Shown here one piece after another: positions 27,201-40,800 of a stretch of 64,000 nt of DNA (position 1 is the stretch's first letter; every line of letters begins with the position of its first letter). The notes beneath the pieces are model-generated. The model was not told the origin of the DNA and did no database searches. It was given only the letters and a program-made list of their open reading frames with translations. This DNA comes from Eledone cirrhosa (taxonomy: Eukaryota), in contig CAXHJY010001758.1 of assembly GCA_964016885.1 (NCBI GenBank), forward strand, positions 20,001-84,000, read 5' to 3'. The position numbers and the translations under genes are program-made.

Positions 27201-28086
27201 GTGTCTGCACATGTACCAGTAATTACAGATCGATCCGACCACGGGCGGCCGGCCCGCGATTGAAAAGGTAACTCCGCCGGCAAATCGTCATTTTTGGATT
27301 CGTTTTCTTCGAAACACACCATTCGCCGGCGGACTTTGTTGACGTTTAACACGGTTTGGTTCCACAGCCACAACTATTGATGTTACGGAGATATCTTGCT
27401 GGAATTCACGCCGCACATAGCCAATGAGTGTCTACACATGTACCAGTAATTACAGATCGATCCGACCACGGGCGGCCGGCCCGCGATTTTAAAGGTAACT
27501 CCGCCGGCAAATCGTCATTTTTGGATTCGTTTTCTTCGAAGCACACCATTCGCCGGCGGACTTTGTTGACGTTTAACACGGTTTGGTTCCACAGCCACAA
27601 CTATTGATTTTACGGAGATATCTTGCTGAAATTCACGCCGCACATAGCCAATGAGTGTCTGCACATGTACCAGTAATTACAGATCGATCCGACCACGGGC
27701 GGCCGGCCCGCGATTGAAAAGGTAACTCCGCCGGCAAATCGTCATTTTTGGATTCGTTTTCTTCGAAGCACACCATTCGCCGGCGGACTTTGTTGACGTT
27801 TAACACGGTTTGGTTCCACAGCCACAACTATTGAATTTACGGAGATATCTTGCTGAAATTCACGCCACACATAGCCAATGAGTGTCTGCACATGTACCAG
27901 TAATTACAGATCGATCCGACCACGGGCGGCCGGCCCGCGATTGAAAAGGTAACTCCGCCGGCAAATCGTCATTTTTGGATTCGTTTTCTTCGAAGCACAC
28001 CATTCGCCGGCGGACTTTGTTGACGTTTAACACGGTTTGGTTCCACAGCCACAACTATTGATTTTACGGAGATATCTTGCTGAAAT
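24228..28086. repeat. Near-complete tandem duplication with a 9-monomer (2043 bp) period
   Basis: The rare combined GGCCGACCC + TTTTAAA unit occurs at 24682 and 26725 (difference 2043), and the neighbouring units match. Confidence 0.75.
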
Positions 28087-29221
28087 TCACGCCACACATA
28101 GCCAATGAGTGTCTGCACATGTACCAGTAATTACAGATCGATCCGACCACGGGCGGCCGGCCCGCGATTGAAAAGGTAACTCCGCCGGCAAATCGTCATT
28201 TTTGGATTCGTTTTCTTCGAAGCACACCATTCGCCGGCGGACTTTGTTGACGTTTAACACGGTTTGGTTCCACAGCCACAACTATTGATTTTACGGAGAT
28301 ATCTTGCTGAAATTCACGCCGCACATAGCCAATGAGTGTCTGCACATGTACCAGTAATTACAGATCGATCCGACCACGGGCGGCCGGCCCGCGATTGAAA
28401 AGGTAACTCCGCCGGCAAATCGTCATTTTTGGATTCGTTTTCTTCGAAGCACACCATTCGCCGGCGGACTTTGTTGACGTTTAACACGGTTTGGTTCCAC
28501 AGCCACAACTATTGAATTTACGGAGATATCTTGCTGAAATTCACGCCACACATAGCCAATGAGTGTCTGCACATGTACCAGTAATTACAGATCGATCCGA
28601 CCACGGGCGGCCGGCCCGCGATTGAAAAGGTAACTCCGCCGGCAAATCGTCATTTTTGGATTCGTTTTCTTCGAAGCACACCATTCGCCGGCGGACTTTG
28701 TTGACGTTTAACACGGTTTGGTTCCACAGCCACAACTATTGATGTTACGGAGATATCTTGCTGGAATTCACGCCGCACATAGCCAATGAGTGTCTGCACA
28801 TGTACCAGTAATTACAGATCGATCCGACCACGGGCGGCCGGCCCGCGATTTTAAAGGTAACTCCGCCGGCAAATCGTCATTTTTGGATTCGTTTTCTTCG
28901 AAGCACACCATTCGCCGGCGGACTTTGTTGACGTTTAACACGGTTTGGTTCCACAGCCACAACTATTGATTCTACGGAGATATCTTGCTGAAATTCACGC
29001 CGCACATAGCCAATGAGTGTCTGCACATGTACCAGTAATTACAGATCGATCCGACCACGGGCGGCCGGCCCGCGATTGAAAAGGTAACTCCGCCGGCAAA
29101 TCGTCATTTTTGGATTCGTTTTCTTCGAAACACACCATTCGCCGGCGGACTTTGTTGACGTTTAACACGGTTTGGTTCCACAGCCACAACTATTGATGTT
29201 ACGGAGATATCTTGCTGGAAT

Positions 29222-32200
29222 TCACGCCGCACATAGCCAATGAGTGTCTACACATGTACCAGTAATTACAGATCGATCCGACCACGGGCGGCCGGCCCGC
29301 GATTTTAAAGGTAACTCCGCCGGCAAATCGTCATTTTTGGATTCGTTTTCTTCGAAGCACACCATTCGCCGGCGGACTTTGTTGACGTTTAACACGGTTT
29401 GGTTCCACAGCCACAACTATTGATTTTACGGAGATATCTTGCTGAAATTCACGCCACACATAGCCAATGAGTGTCTGCACATGTACCAGTAATTACAGAT
29501 CGATCCGACCACGGGCGGCCGGCCCGCGATTGAAAAGGTAACTCCGCCGGCAAATCGTCATTTTTGGATTCGTTTTCTTCGAAGCACACCATTCGCCGGC
29601 GGACTTTGTTGACGTTTAACACGGTTTGGTTCCACAGCCACAACTATTGATTTTACGGAGATATCTTGCTGAAATTCACGCCGCACATAGCCAATGAGTG
29701 TCTGCACATGTACCAGTAATTACAGATCGATCCGACCACGGGCGGCCGGCCCGCGATTGAAAAGGTAACTCCGCCGGCAAATCGTCATTTTTGGATTCGT
29801 TTTCTTCGAAGCACACCATTCGCCGGCGGACTTTGTTGACGTTTAACACGGTTTGGTTCCACAGCCACAACTATTGAATTTACGGAGATATCTTGCTGAA
29901 ATTCACGCCACACATAGCCAATGAGTGTCTGCACATGTACCAGTAATTACAGATCGATCCGACCACGGGCGGCCGGCCCGCGATTGAAAAGGTAACTCCG
30001 CCGGCAAATCGTCATTTTTGGATTCGTTTTCTTCGAAGCACACCATTCGCCGGCGGACTTTGTTGACGTTTAACACGGTTTGGTTCCACAGCCACAACTA
30101 TTGATGTTACGGAGATATCTTGCTGGAATTCACGCCGCACATAGCCAATGAGTGTCTGCACATGTACCAGTAATTACAGATCGATCCGACCACGGGCGGC
30201 CGGCCCGCGATTTTAAAGGTAACTCCGCCGGCAAATCGTCATTTTTGGATTCGTTTTCTTCGAAGCACACCATTCGCCGGCGGACTTTGTTGACGTTTAA
30301 CACGGTTTGGTTCCACAGCCACAACTATTGATTCTACGGAGATATCTTGCTGAAATTCACGCCGCACATAGCCAATGAGTGTCTGCACATGTACCAGTAA
30401 TTACAGATCGATCCGACCACGGGCGGCCGGCCCGCGATTGAAAAGGTAACTCCGCCGGCAAATCGTCATTTTTGGATTCGTTTTCTTCGAAGCACACCAT
30501 TCGCCGGCGGACTTTGTTGACGTTTAACACGGTTTGGTTCCACAGCCACAACTATTGAATTTACGGAGATATCTTGCTGAAATTCACGCCACACATAGCC
30601 AATGAGTGTCTGCACATGTACCAGTAATTACAGATCGATCCGACCACGGGCGGCCGGCCCGCGATTGAAAAGGTAACTCCGCCGGCAAATCGTCATTTTT
30701 GGATTCGTTTTCTTCGAAGCACACCATTCGCCGGCGGACTTTGTTGACGTTTAACACGGTTTGGTTCCACAGCCACAACTATTGATGTTACGGAGATATC
30801 TTGCTGGAATTCACGCCGCACATAGCCAATGAATGTCTGCACATGTACCAGTAATTACAGATCGATCCGACCACGGGCGGCCGGCCCGCGATTTTAAAGG
30901 TAACTCCGCCGGCAAATCGTCATTTTTGGATTCGTTTTCTTCGAAGCACACCATTCGCCGGCGGACTTTGTTGACGTTTAACACGGTTTGGTTCCACAGC
31001 CACAACTATTGAATTTACGGAGATATCTTGCTGAAATTCACGCCACACATAGCCAATGAGTGTCTGCACATGTACCAGTAATTACAGATCGATCCGACCA
31101 CGGGCGGCCGGCCCGCGATTGAAAAGGTAACTCCGCCGGCAAATCGTCATTTTTGGATTCGTTTTCTTCGAAACACACCATTCGCCGGCGGACTTTGTTG
31201 ACGTTTAACACGGTTTGGTTCCACAGCCACAACTATTGATGTTACGGAGATATCTTGCTGGAATTCACGCCGCACATAGCCAATGAGTGTCTACACATGT
31301 ACCAGTAATTACAGATCGATCCGACCACGGGCGGCCGGCCCGCGATTTTAAAGGTAACTCCGCCGGCAAATCGTCATTTTTGGATTCGTTTTCTTCGAAG
31401 CACACCATTCGCCGGCGGACTTTGTTGACGTTTAACACGGTTTGGTTCCACAGCCACAACTATTGATTTTACGGAGATATCTTGCTGAAATTCACGCCAC
31501 ACATAGCCAATGAGTGTCTGCACATGTACCAGTAATTACAGATCGATCCGACCACGGGCGGCCGGCCCGCGATTGAAAAGGTAACTCCGCCGGCAAATCG
31601 TCATTTTTGGATTCGTTTTCTTCGAAGCACACCATTCGCCGGCGGACTTTGTTGACGTTTAACACGGTTTGGTTCCACAGCCACAACTATTGATTTTACG
31701 GAGATATCTTGCTGAAATTCACGCCGCACATAGCCAATGAGTGTCTGCACATGTACCAGTAATTACAGATCGATCCGACCACGGGCGGCCGGCCCGCGAT
31801 TGAAAAGGTAACTCCGCCGGCAAATCGTCATTTTTGGATTCGTTTTCTTCGAAGCACACCATTCGCCGGCGGACTTTGTTGACGTTTAACACGGTTTGGT
31901 TCCACAGCCACAACTATTGAATTTACGGAGATATCTTGCTGAAATTCACGCCACACATAGCCAATGAGTGTCTGCACATGTACCAGTAATTACAGATCGA
32001 TCCGACCACGGGCGGCCGGCCCGCGATTGAAAAGGTAACTCCGCCGGCAAATCGTCATTTTTGGATTCGTTTTCTTCGAAGCACACCATTCGCCGGCGGA
32101 CTTTGTTGACGTTTAACACGGTTTGGTTCCACAGCCACAACTATTGATGTTACGGAGATATCTTGCTGGAATTCACGCCGCACATAGCCAATGAGTGTCT

Positions 32201-33080
32201 GCACATGTACCAGTAATTACAGATCGATCCGACCACGGGCGGCCGGCCCGCGATTTTAAAGGTAACTCCGCCGGCAAATCGTCATTTTTGGATTCGTTTT
32301 CTTCGAAGCACACCATTCGCCGGCGGACTTTGTTGACGTTTAACACGGTTTGGTTCCACAGCCACAACTATTGATTCTACGGAGATATCTTGCTGAAATT
32401 CACGCCGCACATAGCCAATGAGTGTCTGCACATGTACCAGTAATTACAGATCGATCCGACCACGGGCGGCCGGCCCGCGATTGAAAAGGTAACTCCGCCG
32501 GCAAATCGTCATTTTTGGATTCGTTTTCTTCGAAGCACACCATTCGCCGGCGGACTTTGTTGACGTTTAACACGGTTTGGTTCCACAGCCACAACTATTG
32601 AATTTACGGAGATATCTTGCTGAAATTCACGCCACACATAGCCAATGAGTGTCTGCACATGTACCAGTAATTACAGATCGATCCGACCACGGGCGGCCGG
32701 CCCGCGATTGAAAAGGTAACTCCGCCGGCAAATCGTCATTTTTGGATTCGTTTTCTTCGAAGCACACCATTCGCCGGCGGACTTTGTTGACGTTTAACAC
32801 GGTTTGGTTCCACAGCCACAACTATTGATGTTACGGAGATATCTTGCTGGAATTCACGCCGCACATAGCCAATGAATGTCTGCACATGTACCAGTAATTA
32901 CAGATCGATCCGACCACGGGCGGCCGGCCCGCGATTTTAAAGGTAACTCCGCCGGCAAATCGTCATTTTTGGATTCGTTTTCTTCGAAGCACACCATTCG
33001 CCGGCGGACTTTGTTGACGTTTAACACGGTTTGGTTCCACAGCCACAACTATTGAATTTACGGAGATATCTTGCTGAAAT
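29222..33080. repeat. Tandem duplication with a 9-monomer (2043 bp) period
   Basis: TCTAC units at 29222 and 31265 and GAATGTC (ORF DI) units at 30811 and 32854, with the same order of units between them. Confidence 0.8.
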
Positions 33081-34896
33081 TCACGCCACACATAGCCAAT
33101 GAGTGTCTGCATATGTACCAGTAATTACAGATCGATCCGACCACGGGCGGCCGGCCCGCGATTGAAAAGGTAACTCCGCCGGCAAATCGTCATTTTTGGA
33201 TTCGTTTTCTTCGAAGCACACCATTCGCCGGCGGACTTTGTTGACGTTTAACACGGTTTGGTTCCACAGCCACAACTATTGATTTTACGGAGATATCTTG
33301 CTGAAATTCACGCCACACATAGCCAATGAGTGTCTGCACATGTACCAGTAATTACAGATCGATCCGACCACGGGCGGCCGGCCCGCGATTGAAAAGGTAA
33401 CTCCGCCGGCAAATCGTCATTTTTGGATTCGTTTTCTTCGAAGCACACCATTCGCCGGCGGACTTTGTTGACGTTTAACACGGTTTGGTTCCACAGCCAC
33501 AACTATTGAATTTACGGAGATATCTTGCTGAAATTCACGCCACACATAGCCAATGAGTGTCTGCACATGTACCAGTAATTACAGATCGATCCGACCACGG
33601 GCGGCCGGCCCGCGATTTTAAAGGTAACTCCGCCGGCAAATCGTCATTTTTGGATTCGTTTTCTTCGAAGCACACCATTCGCCGGCGGACTTTGTTGACG
33701 TTTAACACGGTTTGGTTCCACAGCCACAACTATTGATTCTACGGAGATATCTTGCTGAAATTCACGCCGCACATAGCCAATGAGTGTCTGCACATGTACC
33801 AGTAATTACAGATCGATCCGACCACGGGCGGCCGGCCCGCGATTGAAAAGGTAACTCCGCCGGCAAATCGTCATTTTTGGATTCGTTTTCTTCGAAGCAC
33901 ACCATTCGCCGGCGGACTTTGTTGACGTTTAACACGGTTTGGTTCCACAGCCACAACTATTGAATTTACGGAGATATCTTGCTGAAATTCACGCCACACA
34001 TAGCCAATGAGTGTCTGCATATGTACCAGTAATTACAGATCGATCCGACCACGGGCGGCCGGCCCGCGATTGAAAAGGTAACTCCGCCGGCAAATCGTCA
34101 TTTTTGGATTCGTTTTCTTCGAAGCACACCATTCGCCGGCGGACTTTGTTGACGTTTAACACGGTTTGGTTCCACAGCCACAACTATTGATTTTACGGAG
34201 ATATCTTGCTGAAATTCACGCCACACATAGCCAATGAGTGTCTGCACATGTACCAGTAATTACAGATCGATCCGACCACGGGCGGCCGGCCCGCGATTGA
34301 AAAGGTAACTCCGCCGGCAAATCGTCATTTTTGGATTCGTTTTCTTCGAAGCACACCATTCGCCGGCGGACTTTGTTGACGTTTAACACGGTTTGGTTCC
34401 ACAGCCACAACTATTGAATTTACGGAGATATCTTGCTGAAATTCACGCCACACATAGCCAATGAGTGTCTGCACATGTACCAGTAATTACAGATCGATCC
34501 GACCACGGGCGGCCGGCCCGCGATTTTAAAGGTAACTCCGCCGGCAAATCGTCATTTTTGGATTCGTTTTCTTCGAAGCACACCATTCGCCGGCGGACTT
34601 TGTTGACGTTTAACACGGTTTGGTTCCACAGCCACAACTATTGATTCTACGGAGATATCTTGCTGAAATTCACGCCGCACATAGCCAATGAGTGTCTGCA
34701 CATGTACCAGTAATTACAGATCGATCCGACCACGGGCGGCCGGCCCGCGATTGAAAAGGTAACTCCGCCGGCAAATCGTCATTTTTGGATTCGTTTTCTT
34801 CGAAACACACCATTCGCCGGCGGACTTTGTTGACGTTTAACACGGTTTGGTTCCACAGCCACAACTATTGATGTTACGGAGATATCTTGCTGGAAT
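33081..34896. repeat. Tandem duplication of a 4-monomer (908 bp) unit
   Basis: GCATATG (ORF TY) units at 33081 and 33989, and LK..CVA units at 33535 and 34443. Confidence 0.8.
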
Positions 34897-35123
34897 TCAC
34901 GCCGCACATAGCCAATGAGTGTCTACACATGTACCAGTAATTACAGATCGATCCGACCACGGGCGGCCGGCCCGCGATTTTAAAGGTAACTCCGCCGGCA
35001 AATCGTCATTTTTGGATTCGTTTTCTTCGAAGCACACCATTCGCCGGCGGACTTTGTTGACGTTTAACACGGTTTGGTTCCACAGCCACAACTATTGATT
35101 TTACGGAGATATCTTGCTGAAAT

Positions 35124-37847
35124 TCACGCCACACATAGCCAATGAGTGTCTGCACATGTACCAGTAATTACAGATCGATCCGACCACGGGCGGCCGGCCC
35201 GCGATTGAAAAGGTAACTCCGCCGGCAAATCGTCATTTTTGGATTCGTTTTCTTCGAAGCACACCATTCGCCGGCGGACTTTGTTGACGTTTAACACGGT
35301 TTGGTTCCACAGCCACAACTATTGATTTTACGGAGATATCTTGCTGAAATTCACGCCGCACATAGCCAATGAGTGTCTGCACATGTACCAGTAATTACAG
35401 ATCGATCCGACCACGGGCGGCCGGCCCGCGATTGAAAAGGTAACTCCGCCGGCAAATCGTCATTTTGGGATTCGTTTTCTTCGAAGCACACCATTCGCCG
35501 GCGGACTTTGTTGACGTTTAACACGGTTTGGTTCCACAGCCACAACTATTGAATTTACGGAGATATCTTGCTGAAATTCACGCCACACATAGCCAATGAG
35601 TGTCTGCACATGTACCAGTAATTACAGATCGATCCGACCACGGGCGGCCGGCCCGCGATTGAAAAGGTAACTCCGCCGGCAAATCGTCATTTTTGGATTC
35701 GTTTTCTTCGAAGCACACCATTCGCCGGCGGACTTTGTTGACGTTTAACACGGTTTGGTTCCACAGCCACAACTATTGATGTTACGGAGATATCTTGCTG
35801 GAATTCACGCCGCACATAGCCAATGAGTGTCTGCACATGTACCAGTAATTACAGATCGATCCGACCACGGGCGGCCGGCCCGCGATTTTAAAGGTAACTC
35901 CGCCGGCAAATCGTCATTTTTGGATTCGTTTTCTTCGAAGCACACCATTCGCCGGCGGACTTTGTTGACGTTTAACACGGTTTGGTTCCACAGCCACAAC
36001 TATTGATTCTACGGAGATATCTTGCTGAAATTCACGCCGCACATAGCCAATGAGTGTCTGCACATGTACCAGTAATTACAGATCGATCCGACCACGGGCG
36101 GCCGGCCCGCGATTGAAAAGGTAACTCCGCCGGCAAATCGTCATTTTTGGATTCGTTTTCTTCGAAGCACACCATTCGCCGGCGGACTTTGTTGACGTTT
36201 AACACGGTTTGGTTCCACAGCCACAACTATTGAATTTACGGAGATATCTTGCTGAAATTCACGCCACACATAGCCAATGAGTGTCTGCACATGTACCAGT
36301 AATTACAGATCGATCCGACCACGGGCGGCCGGCCCGCGATTGAAAAGGTAACTCCGCCGGCAAATCGTCATTTTTGGATTCGTTTTCTTCGAAGCACACC
36401 ATTCGCCGGCGGACTTTGTTGACGTTTAACACGGTTTGGTTCCACAGCCACAACTATTGATGTTACGGAGATATCTTGCTGGAATTCACGCCGCACATAG
36501 CCAATGAGTGTCTGCACATGTACCAGTAATTACAGATCGATCCGACCACGGGCGGCCGGCCCGCGATTTTAAAGGTAACTCCGCCGGCAAATCGTCATTT
36601 TTGGATTCGTTTTCTTCGAAGCACACCATTCGCCGGCGGACTTTGTTGACGTTTAACACGGTTTGGTTCCACAGCCACAACTATTGATTTTACGGAGATA
36701 TCTTGCTGAAATTCACGCCACACATAGCCAATGAGTGTCTGCACATGTACCAGTAATTACAGATCGATCCGACCACGGGCGGCCGGCCCGCGATTGAAAA
36801 GGTAACTCCGCCGGCAAATCGTCATTTTTGGATTCGTTTTCTTCGAAGCACACCATTCGCCGGCGGACTTTGTTGACGTTTAACACGGTTTGGTTCCACA
36901 GCCACAACTATTGATTTTACGGAGATATCTTGCTGAAATTCACGCCGCACATAGCCAATGAGTGTCTGCACATGTACCAGTAATTACAGATCGATCCGAC
37001 CACGGGCGGCCGGCCCGCGATTGAAAAGGTAACTCCGCCGGCAAATCGTCATTTTGGGATTCGTTTTCTTCGAAGCACACCATTCGCCGGCGGACTTTGT
37101 TGACGTTTAACACGGTTTGGTTCCACAGCCACAACTATTGAATTTACGGAGATATCTTGCTGAAATTCACGCCACACATAGCCAATGAGTGTCTGCACAT
37201 GTACCAGTAATTACAGATCGATCCGACCACGGGCGGCCGGCCCGCGATTGAAAAGGTAACTCCGCCGGCAAATCGTCATTTTTGGATTCGTTTTCTTCGA
37301 AGCACACCATTCGCCGGCGGACTTTGTTGACGTTTAACACGGTTTGGTTCCACAGCCACAACTATTGATGTTACGGAGATATCTTGCTGGAATTCACGCC
37401 GCACATAGCCAATGAGTGTCTGCACATGTACCAGTAATTACAGATCGATCCGACCACGGGCGGCCGGCCCGCGATTTTAAAGGTAACTCCGCCGGCAAAT
37501 CGTCATTTTTGGATTCGTTTTCTTCGAAGCACACCATTCGCCGGCGGACTTTGTTGACGTTTAACACGGTTTGGTTCCACAGCCACAACTATTGATTCTA
37601 CGGAGATATCTTGCTGAAATTCACGCCGCACATAGCCAATGAGTGTCTGCACATGTACCAGTAATTACAGATCGATCCGACCACGGGCGGCCGGCCCGCG
37701 ATTGAAAAGGTAACTCCGCCGGCAAATCGTCATTTTTGGATTCGTTTTCTTCGAAACACACCATTCGCCGGCGGACTTTGTTGACGTTTAACACGGTTTG
37801 GTTCCACAGCCACAACTATTGATGTTACGGAGATATCTTGCTGGAAT
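35124..37847. repeat. Partial tandem duplication with a 7-monomer (1589 bp) period
   Basis: TTTTGGGA (ORF SQN) units at 35351 and 36940 with matching neighbours. Confidence 0.7.
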
Positions 37848-40800
37848 TCACGCCGCACATAGCCAATGAGTGTCTACACATGTACCAGTAATTACAGATC
37901 GATCCGACCACGGGCGGCCGGCCCGCGATTTTAAAGGTAACTCCGCCGGCAAATCGTCATTTTTGGATTCGTTTTCTTCGAAGCACACCATTCGCCGGCG
38001 GACTTTGTTGACGTTTAACACGGTTTGGTTCCACAGCCACAACTATTGATTTTACGGAGATATCTTGCTGAAATTCACGCCGCACATAGCCAATGAGTGT
38101 CTGCACATGTACCAGTAATTACAGATCGATCCGACCACGGGCGGCCGGCCCGCGATTGAAAAGGTAACTCCGCCGGCAAATCGTCATTTTTGGATTCGTT
38201 TTCTTCGAAGCACACCATTCGCCGGCGGACTTTGTTGACGTTTAACACGGTTTGGTTCCACAGCCACAACTATTGAATTTACGGAGATATCTTGCTGAAA
38301 TTCACGCCACACATAGCCAATGAGTGTCTGCACATGTACCAGTAATTACAGATCGATCCGACCACGGGCGGCCGGCCCGCGATTGAAAAGGTAACTCCGC
38401 CGGCAAATCGTCATTTTTGGATTCGTTTTCTTCGAAGCACACCATTCGCCGGCGGACTTTGTTGACGTTTAACACGGTTTGGTTCCACAGCCACAACTAT
38501 TGATTTTACGGAGATATCTTGCTGAAATTCACGCCACACATAGCCAATGAGTGTCTGCACATGTACCAGTAATTACAGATCGATCCGACCACGGGCGGCC
38601 GGCCCGCGATTGAAAAGGTAACTCCGCCGGCAAATCGTCATTTTTGGATTCGTTTTCTTCGAAGCACACCATTCGCCGGCGGACTTTGTTGACGTTTAAC
38701 ACGGTTTGGTTCCACAGCCACAACTATTGATTTTACGGAGATATCTTGCTGAAATTCACGCCGCACATAGCCAATGAGTGTCTGCACATGTACCAGTAAT
38801 TACAGATCGATCCGACCACGGGCGGCCGGCCCGCGATTGAAAAGGTAACTCCGCCGGCAAATCGTCATTTTTGGATTCGTTTTCTTCGAAGCACACCATT
38901 CGCCGGCGGACTTTGTTGACGTTTAACACGGTTTGGTTCCACAGCCACAACTATTGAATTTACGGAGATATCTTGCTGAAATTCACGCCACACATAGCCA
39001 ATGAGTGTCTGCACATGTACCAGTAATTACAGATCGATCCGACCACGGGCGGCCGGCCCGCGATTGAAAAGCTAACTCCGCCGGCAAATCGTCATTTTTG
39101 GATTCGTTTTCTTCGAAGCACACCATTCGCCGGCGGACTTTGTTGACGTTTAACACGGTTTGGTTCCACAGCCACAACTATTGATGTTACGGAGATATCT
39201 TGCTGGAATTCACGCCGCACATAGCCAATGAGTGTCTGCACATGTACCAGTAATTACAGATCGATCCGACCACGGGCGGCCGGCCCGCGATTTTAAAGGT
39301 AACTCCGCCGGCAAATCGTCATTTTTGGATTCGTTTTCTTCGAAGCACACCATTCGCCGGCGGACTTTGTTGACGTTTAACACGGTTTGGTTCCACAGCC
39401 ACAACTATTGATTTTACGGAGATATCTTGCTGAAATTCACGCCGCACATAGCCAATGAGTGTCTGCACATGTACCAGTAATTACAGATCGATCCGACCAC
39501 GGGCGGCCGGCCCGCGATTGAAAAGGTAACTCCGCCGGCAAATCGTCATTTTTGGATTCGTTTTCTTCGAAGCACACCATTCGCCGGCGGACTTTGTTGA
39601 CGTTTAACACGGTTTGGTTCCACAGCCACAACTATTGAATTTACGGAGATATCTTGCTGAAATTCACGCCACACATAGCCAATGAGTGTCTGCACATGTA
39701 CCAGTAATTACAGATCGATCCGACCACGGGCGGCCGGCCCGCGATTGAAAAGGTAACTCCGCCGGCAAATCGTCATTTTTGGATTCGTTTTCTTCGAAGC
39801 ACACCATTCGCCGGCGGACTTTGTTGACGTTTAACACGGTTTGGTTCCACAGCCACAACTATTGATGTTACGGAGATATCTTGCTGGAATTCACGCCGCA
39901 CATAGCCAATGAGTGTCTGCACATGTACCAGTAATTACAGATCGATCCGACCACGGGCGGCCGGCCCGCGATTTTAAAGGTAACTCCGCCGGCAAATCGT
40001 CATTTTTGGATTCGTTTTCTTCGAAGCACACCATTCGCCGGCGGACTTTGTTGACGTTTAACACGGTTTGGTTCCACAGCCACAACTATTGATTCTACGG
40101 AGATATCTTGCTGAAATTCACGCCGCACATAGCCAATGAGTGTCTGCACATGTACCAGTAATTACAGATCGATCCGACCACGGGCGGCCGGCCCGCGATT
40201 GAAAAGGTAACTCCGCCGGCAAATCGTCATTTTTGGATTCGTTTTCTTCGAAACACACCATTCGCCGGCGGACTTTGTTGACGTTTAACACGGTTTGGTT
40301 CCACAGCCACAACTATTGATGTTACGGAGATATCTTGCTGGAATTCACGCCGCACATAGCCAATGAGTGTCTACACATGTACCAGTAATTACAGATCGAT
40401 CCGACCACGGGCGGCCGGCCCGCGATTTTAAAGGTAACTCCGCCGGCAAATCGTCATTTTTGGATTCGTTTTCTTCGAAGCACACCATTCGCCGGCGGAC
40501 TTTGTTGACGTTTAACACGGTTTGGTTCCACAGCCACAACTATTGATTTTACGGAGATATCTTGCTGAAATTCACGCCACACATAGCCAATGAGTGTCTG
40601 CACATGTACCAGTAATTACAGATCGATCCGACCACGGGCGGCCGGCCCGCGATTGAAAAGGTAACTCCGCCGGCAAATCGTCATTTTTGGATTCGTTTTC
40701 TTCGAAGCACACCATTCGCCGGCGGACTTTGTTGACGTTTAACACGGTTTGGTTCCACAGCCACAACTATTGATTTTACGGAGATATCTTGCTGAAATTC